The notes beneath the pieces were generated by a model. That model searched no databases, was not told the DNA's origin, and worked only from the letters and a program-made list of their open reading frames with translations. A DNA stretch of 64,000 nt from Paraspadella gotoi. Lineage: Eukaryota; Animalia; Chaetognatha. The translations under genes were made by a program, and so were the position numbers. Where the stretch lies: NCBI GenBank assembly GCA_051294375.1, contig CM119263.1, forward strand, positions 20,916,695-20,980,694, given 5' to 3'. Below are positions 1-14,157 of this stretch, in pieces. Within the stretch, counting starts at the first letter, position 1. Each line of letters starts with the position of its first letter.

Positions 1-1511
1 CAATAAGGCTAAACTTTAATTCTTAATTTTCTTCCCCAGTACTTTCCCTAACCCTAACCCAAGCTTCCTGTCCTTTTCTAAGCCTGTCCAAATTGCAATA
101 TCATAATACTTAATCATGGCAACCTAGCCAAATGATAATTTTGTTGTAAGCGAGCTTAGAAAGGCTTGTACTAGGGATATTAAGATTTGAGGCTTGCAAA
201 TGAATAAGAGGCCTAGACTAGGGTTTTGGTTGGGAGAGAGGTTTTGGGTTAAGGTTGAGTGGGAGGCTTGCTCGCCACAAAGGACAAGGCACCTTTTATC
301 TAATTTGGCAAACCTTTAAAGGCAACATCTTGGCTTAAGGATTAAATATTTAAAATCCTTTAGAGAATTCTATTTATATAACCGAATCATACTTTCTTAT
401 ACAATCTTATTAGAATTTGTAGAGTAATTTGGTCAGGGACGATTTGGCTTAAAAAAACTAATAATTTCTAATTTGAAGTCTTTCTTAATAATAATTTTTT
501 AACCTTATTTAAAAACCACAACAAAAAATTTAGTAATAAGGTTATTAATAACTTTATTTTGATTAATTTAAGTATGCTGGCTGAATAACAGCTCATTTTT
601 TTTCAAAAATACTAATTTTTTAAAACCGGAAGTGGTACGACGCAAAAACTGGCGTGGAAAATCCATCAAGAGCATTCAGGGAAATTTTTTATTGTGATAT
701 TTGTTTTCTCCACTAAATTTGGCACAAGAAACTTTGCAGGTATCAGGAACTTTCAAAAATGCATGGTATTTCTGGGAGCTCTAAGGCTTAAACCTAAAAT
801 TGTAGCTTTGTACAATAAAAAATATAAATTTGGAATTTAATAAAAAATATTTTCGAATGTAAAAATAAAATAATAGTTTATATACATATTTAGGTAGGAT
901 CAACTAAATTTTTTTCCGATAATTATTAAATTTTTGTTTCCGCTACAATAAGAGATAGGAATTTTTTCGCCATTTTCCCGTGCAAAGAAAAATTAATGAC
1001 TATCACCATTCAAATTCCTTTAATGATAGACCCTTAAGCTTATGATATCATTTTTATCACTGGGTCCCCTTAGTACTACGCGTAGTACAAATCCTTGTTG
1101 GATCAAAATAAGTTCGATTTTAAGCGAAAGTTGATCGGTTTGAAGCTCGATTTTCGCGATCGCTTTTTTGTCATAACTTTTGAACAGATTATCCGATTTT
1201 GATAAAATTTTGTATGAAGATAATATTCAAAATTTCCTATCGATTGGTGCCCAATTCATTGAAAAATACTTAATGGTTTAGAAACGATGCACACCCACAA
1301 TTTAAAGGAAAACATTAATTCGTATTATTTACTGCTAGTTCAGACCCAAAAGTCAACATCTACGACATTCTTTTTCAACTTATTAAGTAAGTATTTTGCA
1401 CTACGAAAATTTATTATGAACGTGATTATGATGGCAGTGTTTTGTTTTAACAATCAAAGAATAAAAAAAATGTTATCAACTCAACTCCTCCAACTTGCTT
1501 TTACCAACGCA

Positions 1512-1641
<130 letters not shown>

Positions 1642-3407
1642 TCAAGTGTCTCATTCATCCCAATTTTCGTCCTGCTTCATTATTTCCTTTTTCCCCATTC
1701 AACCCTATCAGCCACCGACTCTTTTTAATTTAATTCCGTATCCAATAGCTTATTCATCTTATTCCCTTCCCTCTTTTTCCGCTCCAATGTTTTCTTCTCC
1801 TCATATTTCTCAACATTTATTTTCAATTCTTTTTTATTTCTCTTTACTTTCTTTTCAGCCATTTTCCATTCTTCCTTTCTTACTTCCTTAAATCGCCGTC
1901 GGAGAATCTCTATAATTCACTTTTTGGTCGGTCGGTCTGAATATATATTTTTTTAATAAATTTTAGTATATTTTAATTTTTAGGAATTAAAGCTATGCTA
2001 TATATTATTTAATATCAGTTAATATAGAGTACATAGTGTTTTAGACTTTTTCAGTTTTAGTCATATAATAAATGTAATAATAAAATCAGTGTGGAGTAAC
2101 AAATCGAAATCCCTGTTCCGTTTTTATTCCTTCTTATGATTTTATCTCTGTAATTAATTCTCCTTTTTTGGCATTCTCTCTTTCCTTCTTTTCCTTCCTC
2201 CACTTTCCTTCCTTTTTTTCCTTCCTTTCCTGCCTCCACTATCATTCCTCCAACTTCAGCTCGATTGGTCCGATCCTCGACACCCAATCGCTTCTCCGCA
2301 TGCGATTTTAAGGAGGAATTCTCGTTCGACGTGGATCTCTACATTCATCCATCAAACCATCCATCAGTACATTCATCGATTCATTCATTCCTGCTTGCTT
2401 ACGTTCTACCATTCGTTCATTCAAATATTAACCTATTCATTTCTCCATCCTTCTTATCACCGATTATTTAGTCCTTTTACATTCATCCATCCATTACACT
2501 AAGCAAGAGTCCTTCTGTCCATTCATCCTTTCATCCATGTCACAATCAATCCGACAGTTCCCCAATTCAAACATTCAATCATTCATCCCTTAGTTCCTTC
2601 TACCATCTTTCAATCCATTCATTCATCAATCTTGTCGATCCTTGTTGGTCACGAGTCAGAATTGGATGCTGCCCAAATTTAAACTGACCTTACCTTCTCC
2701 GCCCCTCACGCAATAAAATCGAGACCCTCGAGTTTTTAAATGAATTAAAAATAGATTTTTATGATCAAAATAAAAAATTTACGGGGGAAAATTAGGCTCA
2801 GTAAGTTTCAAATTCAAAGATAGAGACTATGAGGTCAGGGTCAACAATCCAAAAATGTACTTAGAAATGCTCGTAAGATATGATTCGTATCTATTACGTA
2901 AATAAATATACATAAAATGCCAACAAGCTTGGAATAAAAGTACCAAAGAAAATAAAAAAAGAATACAAAGCAGAACAAAATGATGTAACCGCAATGGAAA
3001 AACAAGTAAACAAGAAAGAAAGAAGACCATTAGGGTCATCGACAATAGTGAAGACCAAATGACCAAGAGTCCAGGTCGTTGACATTTCCTCCTCCTTTTT
3101 TGTCATTTTCTCATTTTCGGACGAAGAATATTTTCAATAAAACATCGAATCTTCTGCAGTCGATATTTGATACCAGACTTAGAATTGTCTTCTTGGGTAG
3201 GAGGGAGAGGGAGATAGGGATAGATCATAGAGAGATCGAGATGGAGACCGAAAACAGCGTCAAGCGTGACCATTCTTCCATTGTTCCCCCTCATATTAAA
3301 AACAATAACGGGGTGCAATAATCATAAAAAAGAGAATATGAACGGAAACAAATATTGGTAGTAATTCATTCTGGGGACAAAGGTCGAGGAATGACGTTTT
3401 TAATGAT

Positions 3408-3488
<81 letters not shown>

Positions 3489-4346
3489 GAAATTGATTTC
3501 TTTCCTTCGTCTTCAGATCGTTCAAATAGTTCAGAATATCCCTACCTAAATCCTCACTCTTGTCCTTTCCCCAATTTATTGTTTTTTTAACTTAATGCAC
3601 CTTATTTTTGACGACAAAAGGTAAGTGACGAAACAAATTTAATAAGGATTTGTCTTTTCATTTTTTATTTGAAATCATTGTGTCGACGATGACCGTTAAT
3701 AACTTTTTTTCAACTTATGCACTCAACGCAACCTCAATAATTAAATATGTATTGTAATTTCTCAGTGTTTAAGTGCAATAAATCGAGTTAGTTTAAACAT
3801 TACTTTATTAATTCCTTACTGAAAAAAGGTTCCCAGGCGCCAACTGAGAGCGCGGAGAGAAATTTTCTCGCTACACTGCGCTTTTGTTTTGTTTGTGTCA
3901 GTTTTTTTTTAATCCCGTTTTAATCAAATCGAGCTCATTTCAGCCGGCGCCCTCTATAGGCGCTCTTTTCTCGGCTGGCGCCCCCTTTTCGCCATTTCTT
4001 GATACGAACGCCATTAATACTTTCTTCAACGCTGCAACGTTCATTTCGCCGCGCGGATGCCATCTAGAATGACGCTGCAGCGACAGCACCCGACGCTCCG
4101 GCGCCGCCCTGGGCGTCAAGAGCTGGCTTCGTTACCAGGACGGTGAACGACTGGCGTTTCCCGGAGCAGCTGGAGACATCGAACGGCGAAAGAAAGAAAG
4201 ACGATGCGACACCTGGCGGTCGGGTCAAGGAGCGACAGTGAACGGTGAGCGAAAACAAAAGACGTTGAATGGAGTTCGTCAGTGGAAAGAGTAGAAAGAG
4301 AGAAAGGGTGGGAGACAGAGAAAATAAAAGAGAGAGAGAGAGAGAG

Positions 4347-4713
4347 NNNNNNNNNNNNNNNNNNNNNNNNNNNNNNNNNNNNNNNNNNNNNNNNNNNNNN
4401 NNNNNNNNNNNNNNNNNNNNNNNNNNNNNNNNNNNNNNNNNNNNNNNNNNNNNNNNNNNNNNNNNNNNNNNNNNNNNNNNNNNNNNNNNNNNNNNNNNNN
4501 NNNNNNNNNNNNNNNNNNNNNNNNNNNNNNNNNNNNNNNNNNNNNNNNNNNNNNNNNNNNNNNNNNNNNNNNNNNNNNNNNNNNNNNNNNNNNNNNNNNN
4601 NNNNNNNNNNNNNNNNNNNNNNNNNNNNNNNNNNNNNNNNNNNNNNNNNNNNNNNNNNNNNNNNNNNNNNNNNNNNNNNNNNNNNNNNNNNNNNNNNNNN
4701 NNNNNNNNNNNNN
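4347..4713. other. Assembly gap (others at 31368-31392, 39053-39077, 39194-39351, 40133-40157, 63725-63885)
   Basis: Runs of N. Confidence 1.
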
Positions 4714-4944
4714 CATTCATTCATTCATTCTCTCTCTCTCAACCTCTACCCTCGACATCAAGTATTCGGTTGAAATTTGATCGATTTGTCGAAAATAAAA
4801 GACAATTAATGGAGGCCTTTAGGTCTGAGCCTTTTTCCTCGGCCTCCTCATTGGTTTTTTAAAGAAAAGATAATTAAAACTCGTCGAAGCGAAAGATAAA
4901 AAGTGGGGGAAAAAACAAAAGTCGCCGACGAAATGGGATCCGCT

Positions 4945-4980
<36 letters not shown>

Positions 4981-5314
4981 CGAAACCTGCCTGGCGTTCG
5001 GAGAAACTGGCGATATGAGATTTTGCAATATGGCAAACTGACTGATATGTGTAGTGTGTAGTTTTGTAGTTTATTTACTTGTAATTCTCATATTTTGGTT
5101 TTGTCAAACTTTGAAAATTTAAAACACATCGGATAACGGTCATTTGTCAATAAAGAGTGATTATACAAACATCGATTATTACTTCAGAATTCCTTATCAA
5201 TAGTTTTTATACACATTAATGACAGCTTCTCTGCCGCGATATTGCCAAATATCAACATTTTTTTGTTTCTCTTTGACAAAAGTCTTTCTTAACAAAAAGA
5301 CTTTAACAGGGAGT

Positions 5315-5530
5315 CCATTTCCATTTCGTCTATCCATTTTCCATTTTTATTTCTGAGACCCATTTTTCATATCCATTTCGTCCATCCATTTTCCATTTTT
5401 ATTTCTGAGACTCATTTTTCATTTCCATTTTGTCGATCCATTTTCCATTTCCATTTCTAAGACCCGTTTTTCATTTCCATTTTGTCCATCCATTTTCCAT
5501 TTCCATTTCTGAGACCCATATTCCATTTCA
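5315..5530 (+). repeat. ~50-bp tandem repeat built from CCATTT subunits
   Basis: Four units of CCATTTCGTCCATCCATTTTCCATTTTTATTTCTGAGACCCATTTTTCAT-like sequence. Confidence 0.9.
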
Positions 5531-8485
5531 AGGGTCCGCCCAATTTTTTCGACGACATCCATTTTTTATAAAACTACATCCCTGGTCTCTCGTCAAAACC
5601 TTTATCCTCTTCATCTTCATCTTCTACTTTTTTCGTTCAACTTTCCTTTCTTTCGATGACACCCGAATTTTCATATCAATTTTTGGAGAGAAAACATGTT
5701 GGAGCGTAATTCTCGTCAACGGACATTAAAAGACTCTGATTATAATCATTATTTTGTGATACCTTTTGAAATATTTGAATCTTTTTTGATTTAACATTCT
5801 ATCATTTGCATTGTTTTCCAGTCTAAGTATCGTGCCATTATTAATATATGGGCAAGTGCATGAATACCAAATCTAATCGATGGTGTCGCTCCTTTCGTAT
5901 TGTGTTCTCGATCTCGCAGATCCACATATTAAGGTAGCCGTGGACTGTCAGCCGTGCCGCCCGTTGTCGGTCTCTCCGCCGTGGCCAATCAGTTGGGAGT
6001 CCTCCTCAGCGCCGCCAGAGGTCAGCGCCCATCGTCATCGTCCACCGGTGATTCTTCATAAAACCACCCCAACAGTGGTGCATCGTCCTATCTGCATTTC
6101 TATGTAGAGAACCCTGTCGGTTGACAATCTGCGCTCTTTTCTTCTGGAGTTTTGCGTCATCGCCCATTGGTCTATCGTGTTGATCCTGACGTACTGTGGA
6201 TTGGCGATTGACCTTTTTATTTCGTCAGCAGTTGGCTGTTTATGACAGCACCTTTTTGGGTTCAGCCCTACTGTTGAAGTTGTGTTTGTTCCTTTCAAAA
6301 TATATTCTTCCTGAGGACTTCTGCCGAATCTTGCCTTGTTGGAGAAGTTGTGCCTACGTTTTGGACATTGTTGGGTTTTTGCGAAGCGATCTTGTGCAGT
6401 TCCTCGCATTCGCGTTGTTAAAGACGGCAAACGTTCGTGGAGCCCAATTAGCTTTGTCATGTGACACTCTTGACGACCTGGCTACAGATTCAACTGAAGT
6501 CCCTGCTTTAGAGTCGGAGGGAGCTTGCTCGGCTACCTCCCTTCATGTGGCACGATCCATCGGGCTGATTGTAAAGTCCGCCCTCTACATTCGGCACGGT
6601 GCTTAGCCCTATACCACTAAAATCGCGGTACCCCAAGAACATTTCTCTCCAAAGACTCTGGGTGTAGTCCTTGTGTGCGATTTCACCAACTTCCAAAGTG
6701 ACGTAACAAGGGGGTCGGCTTTGAAACGGCTCCTGGCGGACCAGAGCGACGGGATTTTAAGCCACCTGGATGAACCTCAGAGTGATTGGTGTTCCTTTTT
6801 TTTTTATTGGACTCTCTCTTCGATGCAAGATGTTATAGTTTGGTATTCATGCACCGCTGCCCTGTGTGACTGTTTTTAACAAATATAAACTTTTTATCAG
6901 CGTTTTTATAAACATTTATTCAACTCGCAATTTCTACAATTCTTAACTTTTTATCATCAATCGTGAACTTCGTCTTGCAAAAACAAACAAAAATTTCGTT
7001 ATTTAATAACAACAAAAATACAAATCATTGTTGTAAATAACGAAATTTTCGTTTTCTCGCCGAATACATCACAAAAACAACAAAAGAAAGGATTAATACA
7101 AAGTCGCATCATTTTTATAAGAAATAATTATGACCAAAATAATTCATTATTTTGCATCTGACTTTGAACAGGCTATTCCGATGGTGGGTTAAGGTCTCCA
7201 TCCCTCTTAGGCTCTTATAAAATAATAACAGTGCATGCTTGCAAATAAGACTCTCTTACAGTCTAATTTATTAACTCCCAGAGTGCTTGGCTTTGAATTA
7301 TAAGTTCAACTGTTCTAAAAACTGTTCTAAAAAACTTCTTAAAAAGAGAACTCTCTAAGTAATAAACTCCATTTATTAGTTTCAACGTTGTTAAGAAACC
7401 CACATTTATCTCAACTTCAACCCAAAGCATAAAAAGAGTTTATTAAACCCACTTTTTACCTCAGCCTTTTCCCCACCTCTCACTATCTTCCTTAATTCAA
7501 TATTCCACCCACTTTCCTTTTTTTCACCTTTCACCTTGACAACGGAGGCGATGAAAGACCAGATGCTTTCCCTCTCCCGCATCTCCCAACTTCTTCCTGT
7601 CGCGCTGACGGTTTTTCCTTTCGGATCTTAATAACGATAAATTCCGTGTTTACAAACAAGGATATATTTGGACGGTTGACTATAGGTTACATTTTTACAT
7701 TTATAATCCGTAATTTCACATTGTCTGGTCAATGACCCAGAAAGAAATTTATCAAATAATCGAATAAGTTGCACTATGGTTGTTACGAAAAATAAACACA
7801 ATAATTTACTTACAAAGATCAACTAAAAAGTTGATACTTTAAGTAAAAAATATAATTTGTTTTTTCTCTCTCTTTTTATCCTGATTTTACGTTTTGGCTC
7901 TTCCTTTTTCTCAGCTCTTTCCTTCTGTCTCTTTCCCCTCGAAACCGCGGTGGCCATAACTGACTGTTAAGGAGAGTCGAGAGTGCACTTAAGGTATTTT
8001 TTTTATCTTCGGCCTGACTGTGGGAATAAAAGTGACCGAGAGAGAGAGAGAGAAAAAGAGAGAGAGAGAGATGATTCGCGCGAAGGAGTCTTGGTCAATA
8101 CTACTAAAACTAGAACAAGCTAAGTATATTTATAACTAAGGAAGAGGATCGGCGACGTGGGTAAAATTTACAGTTCCAATGATTCTGCAAGCTGATTGGT
8201 CGATTCCGATTGCATGCTTGACCAATCAGGATTCGGCGATTACATTTCCGTGGAGATCGCCCGAGTCTCCGATCCGATTTGCTTTTGGTGGCTTGATACT
8301 CCTGCGGTGTTATAAAATTAAAGGAAAAAAACATTTCATACCAGGAGATCCACGGAAACTGACACCAAAGAAAACGTTGTCGGATCTGTACTCTTGGTCA
8401 AATTTTTATAGAGATAGAAAAAACCTGTTAGTTTTATGAATTGAGCACCCACTTTTTTTTAGCTTTTTATAATTTCTGCATCCCA

Positions 8486-8654
8486 AAAATTATGTTGCAG
8501 CGACTTGCTAGTTTCTCTTGAAGGCGAAATCAAGAAGCAAGAAAACATTGCACATTCGAATTATTGTTAGACCAACATTTTTTAACTCTTTCTGTTTTCT
8601 TGCTTCTTGATTTCGCCTTCATGAGAAACTAGCAAGTCGCTGCAACATAATTTT
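8486..8654. repeat. 62-bp inverted repeat with 45-nt spacer
   Basis: Arms 8486-8547 and 8593-8654 are reverse complements with one mismatch. Confidence 0.95.
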
Positions 8655-8924
8655 AGGCAACCAGAACTTTTTCTTGCTGCGGTGGTTATATAGTATAGTT
8701 ATATAGCCATGAGATGATGCTACCCATTAAAAATAACACAACTTGTGATATTATTTATTATACAGTCAATGAAAATTTTATTCAAAGTTGTTACAGAGCT
8801 GCCTCTGCTTACAATCCTCGCATTCAGATAAAAAACTAGTTTTCTCCAGTAATGTTCAGTTACTATTAAACAAAATAAATTAGAGATGAAACGAAAAATT
8901 CGTTGTAATAGCAATTCTATTTTT

Positions 8925-8978
8925 ATTATGTACATGTTTCGACTCTTAGTTTTGTGCGAGTCTTCATCCAGCAAGTGA
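8925..8978 (-). ncRNA. Degenerate minimal hammerhead ribozyme
   Basis: Minus strand TG-CTGGATGAA-GACTC-GCACAAAACTAA-GAGTC-GAAAC-ATGTA-CA. Stem II GACTC/GAGTC and the same ACATGT palindrome, but one extra G in the CUGAUGA core. Confidence 0.55.
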
Positions 8979-9135
8979 ATTCAATAGACCAAAATTTTAA
9001 ACATTAGTTTGAGAGAGAGAAGAGAAAGAGAGAGAGAGAGAGTTTCCAACAAAGAATTGAGCAAGGATAGTGGTCAGATGTGAGGACAGGTGAAAGTAGG
9101 GAAAGAGAGAGTAAATGATTTTGAAATTGGTGAAA

Positions 9136-9190
<55 letters not shown>

Positions 9191-10959
9191 CACCACAGGG
9201 ATCAATACATTAGGTAGATACCTCACCCGAGAGCTAATATCATATATATTTTTTATATATTTTTATGCGGTCCCTGGAGGATGATATCAATATTCACTTT
9301 GCAAAAAACCGTTTTTAAATTCCTACAATGATTTCAGAGATATAAGTCATAAACGTCAGCCTTGAAAGGCAAAATTTGTCAGAATAAAATTTTCGAGTTT
9401 CTTCTTAGATTTCTGACGAGCTAGTACAAACTATTTAAAAAAAAGAGGAAACGTTTCACTGATTTCTTCCATCATAATCCATAAATGAGTAAGACAATTG
9501 GGTACACCTGATAGTCATAAGTCTCAAGAGGGCAGAAAATTTTCTTTAGGTTTTATTTTGAAATTTAGGTATTGTACCAATAGGATAAATTGAGATACTC
9601 CTGCTCTGCCGAAATTTTTATTTAACAAAGATTTGTACTGGGTAGTTCAAATCTTTAGTTCTCTAACGGTAAAAAAAGTTATTTTCTTGAATAACTTTTG
9701 AAAGAAAAGAGATAGGAACGTGGGCGAGGTATTAAATTTAAGCCCTAATCATGGGACACCTTTCTAAAAAAAGTTTTATTAAATTTTATCCATAAATCTT
9801 TACACAGCCTTTATTTAAATCGGAGTTAAAAGTATAACAGTTTTTTGCATTAAAAATTTCATTGAAGCTATATGAAATTTGTTGTTTTCTTTCTTAAATT
9901 GAAAAAGGAAGGACTAAATTACATTTTGATTACCATTAAATTTTCTCTACTGCATAAAATTGCTTGCATTTTTCAGTTAAAGTAAAAAACAAGCAAAAAT
10001 TTATGTAGTAGCTTGATAAAATGTTTTTTGAATATAAAAAATGATAAATACAAAAATGTTTTCAGCTTAATATAAACAGTTTGGACGTCTACCTTCTTGT
10101 CTGTGGAGAAAAAATCGTCATTTTTTCATTATCTTCAACTGCAAACAAAAAGCTTGACACACTGCTTGTTTATCATAATAAAATTTTAAAAAATTACATA
10201 GCTGGGGACATATTTGACTAAGCAAGACATCATTGTGTTAAATTGTATTGATAATTTTTTTTTTAATAGAAAAAAAGATAATTTATTTTTAGCTTTCTTT
10301 TTATTTCTTTTTAAATAAAAATTTCAGTGAAGAAAAAAAAATTAAAATCTACTCATCTTGAATGTCATTGTTTACTGATTAAAAGGTAAAATTTTTTAAT
10401 TCGCCCTTTTGCCCCCTAGCCCCAAGACATGGAAGTGCCCAAAACTTTTAAAAACATTTTTACTTGATGTGCATACAAGGCGAACCCGCATTCTGAATTT
10501 TTGTATTTTTCCTTTCAAACATATTAAATAAAAATAATTATTTTTCGAGAGTGTTCGACGGTGACATAGCCACTGGTAAGGCTTGTTACAGCTTCACTTC
10601 CGAATGAATTTTTAAACGAGGATATTTTTTCCGTCTATTCGAGACATAACACTAACTATTGATATTACTAGTTTTTTGATTCACACAATCTACTTCGCGT
10701 AATCAGAGAAACGTTTAGCGTGTCAAAAAAATAGGGTAAAAAATGAGTAAAACGTTCTGACAAAATTAAAAATCGATGGAGGAATCTACATTAGGCAATG
10801 TACAACAGTGAAAAATTTTAGAAAAACTAAAACTGTTCTCGGCCTGTTTGGGGACAGGTGATACAGGACTCCTCTCCTCCTCTTTGTAGCTGTCGTTTTG
10901 GGCGACGCTCAGCACGAGAAGAGTCGCGCCAAGTTGCTGCAAGCTCGGTTGAGGCATCG

Positions 10960-11190
10960 GACGTCATTGCCTGCTGAGAGGCCTCCGCCTGACCCGTTGA
11001 GTGAGGACAGGCGAATCACCGTGCGGTTGAGGTGGCGTTGGGTGCTTCACCACAGTTTTGATAAGCGAATCATAGCTTGAGGGAGATCGAATCGTCCTCC
11101 ATCACGGTTCAAAGAGGGTTCGAGTGCCTTGATGTAAATTGCCTCTCTAATACCTCTTGAGAACCAGTTTTGGTCATGGGACAATGTCTA
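10960..11190 (-). pseudogene. Penelope-like retroelement 3' fragment (C-terminus of GIY-YIG endonuclease)
   Basis: Minus strand reads TLSHDQNWFSRGIREAIYIKALEPSLNRDGGRFDLP, then after a frameshift YDSLIKTVV. This matches the PLE GIY-YIG C-terminal pattern WFxRGxxEAIYI...PSLNRDGG. Confidence 0.85.
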
Positions 11191-11312
11191 CAAAATAAAT
11201 TTAAATTGCCCCATAATATAAATTAGGCCAAAATACGGATTAGTTAAAACCATCTCCAGCTATTTCTAATCATATAAGAGTAACATTTTTGCAACTTTTA
11301 GGAAAAAAAATC

Positions 11313-12570
11313 ATGTCCATTTTTGTCCATTTTCACTTTCGTCTTCAAATTTGAATGCCAAGGAAAGTTGAGAAAATTTTTTTATTTTGAAATTCCTTTC
11401 TTCCTTATCTTCTTCACCCCTGAGTAAAATATTTTCCTTATATCATTCATAGTTCACTTATGAATTAATTTGAAAGTTGACAAGTCAAAAAGTCGCAGTT
11501 TTAGTTTTTATTATAATTTTTAAACAAAAATAGTTTAAATTGGCTTAAACTAACAGAAAATATAGCCCACAGAATAAGCTTTTAACACCTACAAAATTAT
11601 CAAAAAAACTCATTTCGTTTAGCCATAAATATTTTTTAAAGACGACAATTAATTTGTGACTTTTTGTGACTTGCATTTATTTTTAATAAAGATAAGATTT
11701 TAAATTTTTTTATAGTTTTAACAGTTGAGGAACATACTGACGATAATAAAACAAAAAAAAACCGCATCCTTTTAAACCAATGGAAAGCGTCAGGACTTGT
11801 TTTTTCTCAGAATCGACAGATTTTACGGAAATATTTTCCGGAAAATCTGTCGATTTACTAAATTTGCCAGGCAACCAAAATTGAAAGAAAAATCATGAGA
11901 TACCGTAAATTTCTTTTCTTATAATGGATAATAAGAAATTTCTTTGATATGGCTCAATGTAAAGGCAGAAAAGTAGTGGGAGGAACAGGAAAGGGAGAAC
12001 AAGAAAAGGAGAAGGGGAGAATGAGAGAGAAAGGGGGAAAAGAACAAAAAAGAAGGCAAAGGAGAAAAAAAATAAGGAGATAAGGAAAGGCGGAAAAAGA
12101 AGGGAAAAATGGAAAGAAAAAGAGGGGGAAAAGAGGGGAAAAGAAAGAGAAGGCAATAAAAAAGGATAAGGAAAGTGAAAGAGTGGCAGAGAAAGGTAGG
12201 GTCATAGAAAAGGTAAGTTACGGCGTGAAAAGTAGGGGAGGAAAGAGGAAGATAAAAATAGAAACACAGAGAAGAAAAGAGATGAAGAAAGAGAATCAGG
12301 GAAACGGTATGAAAGGAAAAAAAAATGTATCAGATAATGTGGCATCTTGTCTGAAAAGTTTTGTGTAAATAAAAGCCACAAAAATTAAAAGGAGGAATTT
12401 GATCTTTAAAAGTTGTTGGTACCATAAAAATTCATCATACTTTCATCTCAAATTAGGTTGTTAATGAGATTAGATTGATAATCTCCGAAGAAATCATGTC
12501 TTACCGTATTTTTAACTCATAGAAATTTACTGAACAGTACTAGGTAATAAGAATGAGATAACCTAGCAAA
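11313..12570 (+). repeat. Dispersed ~1.25-kb repeat with purine-rich core, unclassified; diverged copies at ~45752-47000 and ~37370-38580
   Basis: Shared start ATGTCCATTTTTGTCCATTTT and colinear body differing by substitutions, so a genuine older family. Confidence 0.8.
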
Positions 12571-12943
12571 CCGTTTTTTTAAATAAAGAAAACTTCATAC
12601 TAATCACTGAGATCAAAAGAGATGGTAATTATTTAAGTCAGAAATCGTTATCTAAAGGACGTCGATCGTACGTGGAGCCAGCTATGAATTTTTTTGGGTC
12701 AGTTTCGGTGGTTCTCCTGGGAGCAACGTTAAATCAAACTGTATTTTTATTGACTTGACTCACTATTTAATCATTTTTTTTCCATTTACTTCGCTTTGCT
12801 CTTTGATCCCAAAGATTAAAACTTCTTTTATAGTCTCTTTACTCATTTTTTTTTCTGCCGAAACCGCCACCTACCTTCAAAATTCTGTCATACAAACTCT
12901 GCCGTCGCATCTCCAAAAAAGTTCTCCCTTGGGTCTCTCTCTC

Positions 12944-13017
<74 letters not shown>

Positions 13018-13183
13018 TCTCGTTGGCATAAAATGCGCACGTCTCAGTTCAAACCGCCAAACTCCATCTTGGGTTTTCCCGACCATAGACTTTAGGCATA
13101 GTAGGAGGTTGATGTTATTGTTTTCGTTGTTGTTATCAACGTGACGGTAGACTGTGTACTATCAATACGGCGCACAGCTTGGG

Positions 13184-13225
<42 letters not shown>

Positions 13226-13246
13226 TGTATCAGCTACAATCTCCAT

Positions 13247-13849
13247 TAAGGCATAGTAAAAATTCTAAATTTAATTAAAATTCTAAAAGTGAGTAACGAA
13301 CAACATTATATTAATGAACATTTATGTAATAAAAAAATTTATAATAAATTTTAAAATTTACGCAGTACGCCATATTTATACTAGTACTAAATCAATAAAT
13401 GTTAAAATTTCAAAACAGTTTTTCTAAGTTTTTTTTTGCAGATTTGGATTCGTCATAAAAAGTTGATAAAAAGAAATATAACTCTTTTGAAAAATTTCTT
13501 CATTAAGTGGGTCAAAAATTAGAAAAAACTATATTTTAAGCTAAAAATTAACTTTTTATTTAATAAATATAGTTTTTTTAATTTTTAACCCACTTAATAA
13601 AAGAATTTTTAAAAATGATTTATATTTTCTTTTACCAACTTTTGACAAGGAATTCAAATCTGCAATCAAAATTAAGAAAAGCTTATTTTGAAATTTTCCG
13701 ATTTTATAAGGATAGTACTGTATATAATTATAGCCTACTGCGAAATTTAAATCCTAAAATTAATTTTTTTTATAAATTAATGTTCACTGATGGTATGTTG
13801 TTCATAATTGACTTTTAGAATTTTCGTATGTAACTTTCACTCCGCCTTA
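13247..13849. mobile_element. Palindromic MITE, hAT-like; truncated copies at ~45150-45280 and ~36785-36915
   Basis: Ends TAAGGC...GCCTTA, exact 8-bp TSD ATCTCCAT at 13239-13246 and 13850-13857. The two halves are imperfect inverted repeats over ~280 bp. Confidence 0.85.
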
Positions 13850-13999
13850 ATCTCCATCTTTCTCAACTCATCCCAGAATCCAACAGAGTAGCTCTCTTCC
13901 AAATTCCCAGTAAACGCTTACTTCTCACTCACCTCCTCGTCCGTTTTCTTCCTCACACTTTCCTTACCAAACTCCTCAATTCCTTTACTCACTTCCTGC

Positions 14000-14110
14000 C
14001 CTTTTCCGGTCGCGATCGGAATTTCCGCCCGGCGGCGGATGCCGCGCGCACCGGAAATGACGTTCACTCACGCGGCGCGATTCGTCGCCGCCGGAAAAGG
14101 GTGAAGATGG
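14000..14110. promoter_or_regulatory. Small CpG-rich promoter-like patch
   Basis: CpG-dense island in an AT-rich background with CCGGAA (ETS-like) sites and TGACGT. Confidence 0.3.

Positions 14111-14157
<47 letters not shown>

Noticed and set aside
11893-12368. Phe/Leu/Ser-rich membrane-protein-like ORFs (also 37847-38228, 46333-46628)
   Set aside because: Translations of the low-complexity purine tract of the 1.25-kb repeat; frames are not conserved between copies.
13246-13850. TTAA-flanked piggyBac/Kolobok assignment for the palindromic MITE
   Set aside because: The exact 8-bp duplication ATCTCCAT, and a second copy starting at TAAGG without TTAA, favour a hAT-like element.
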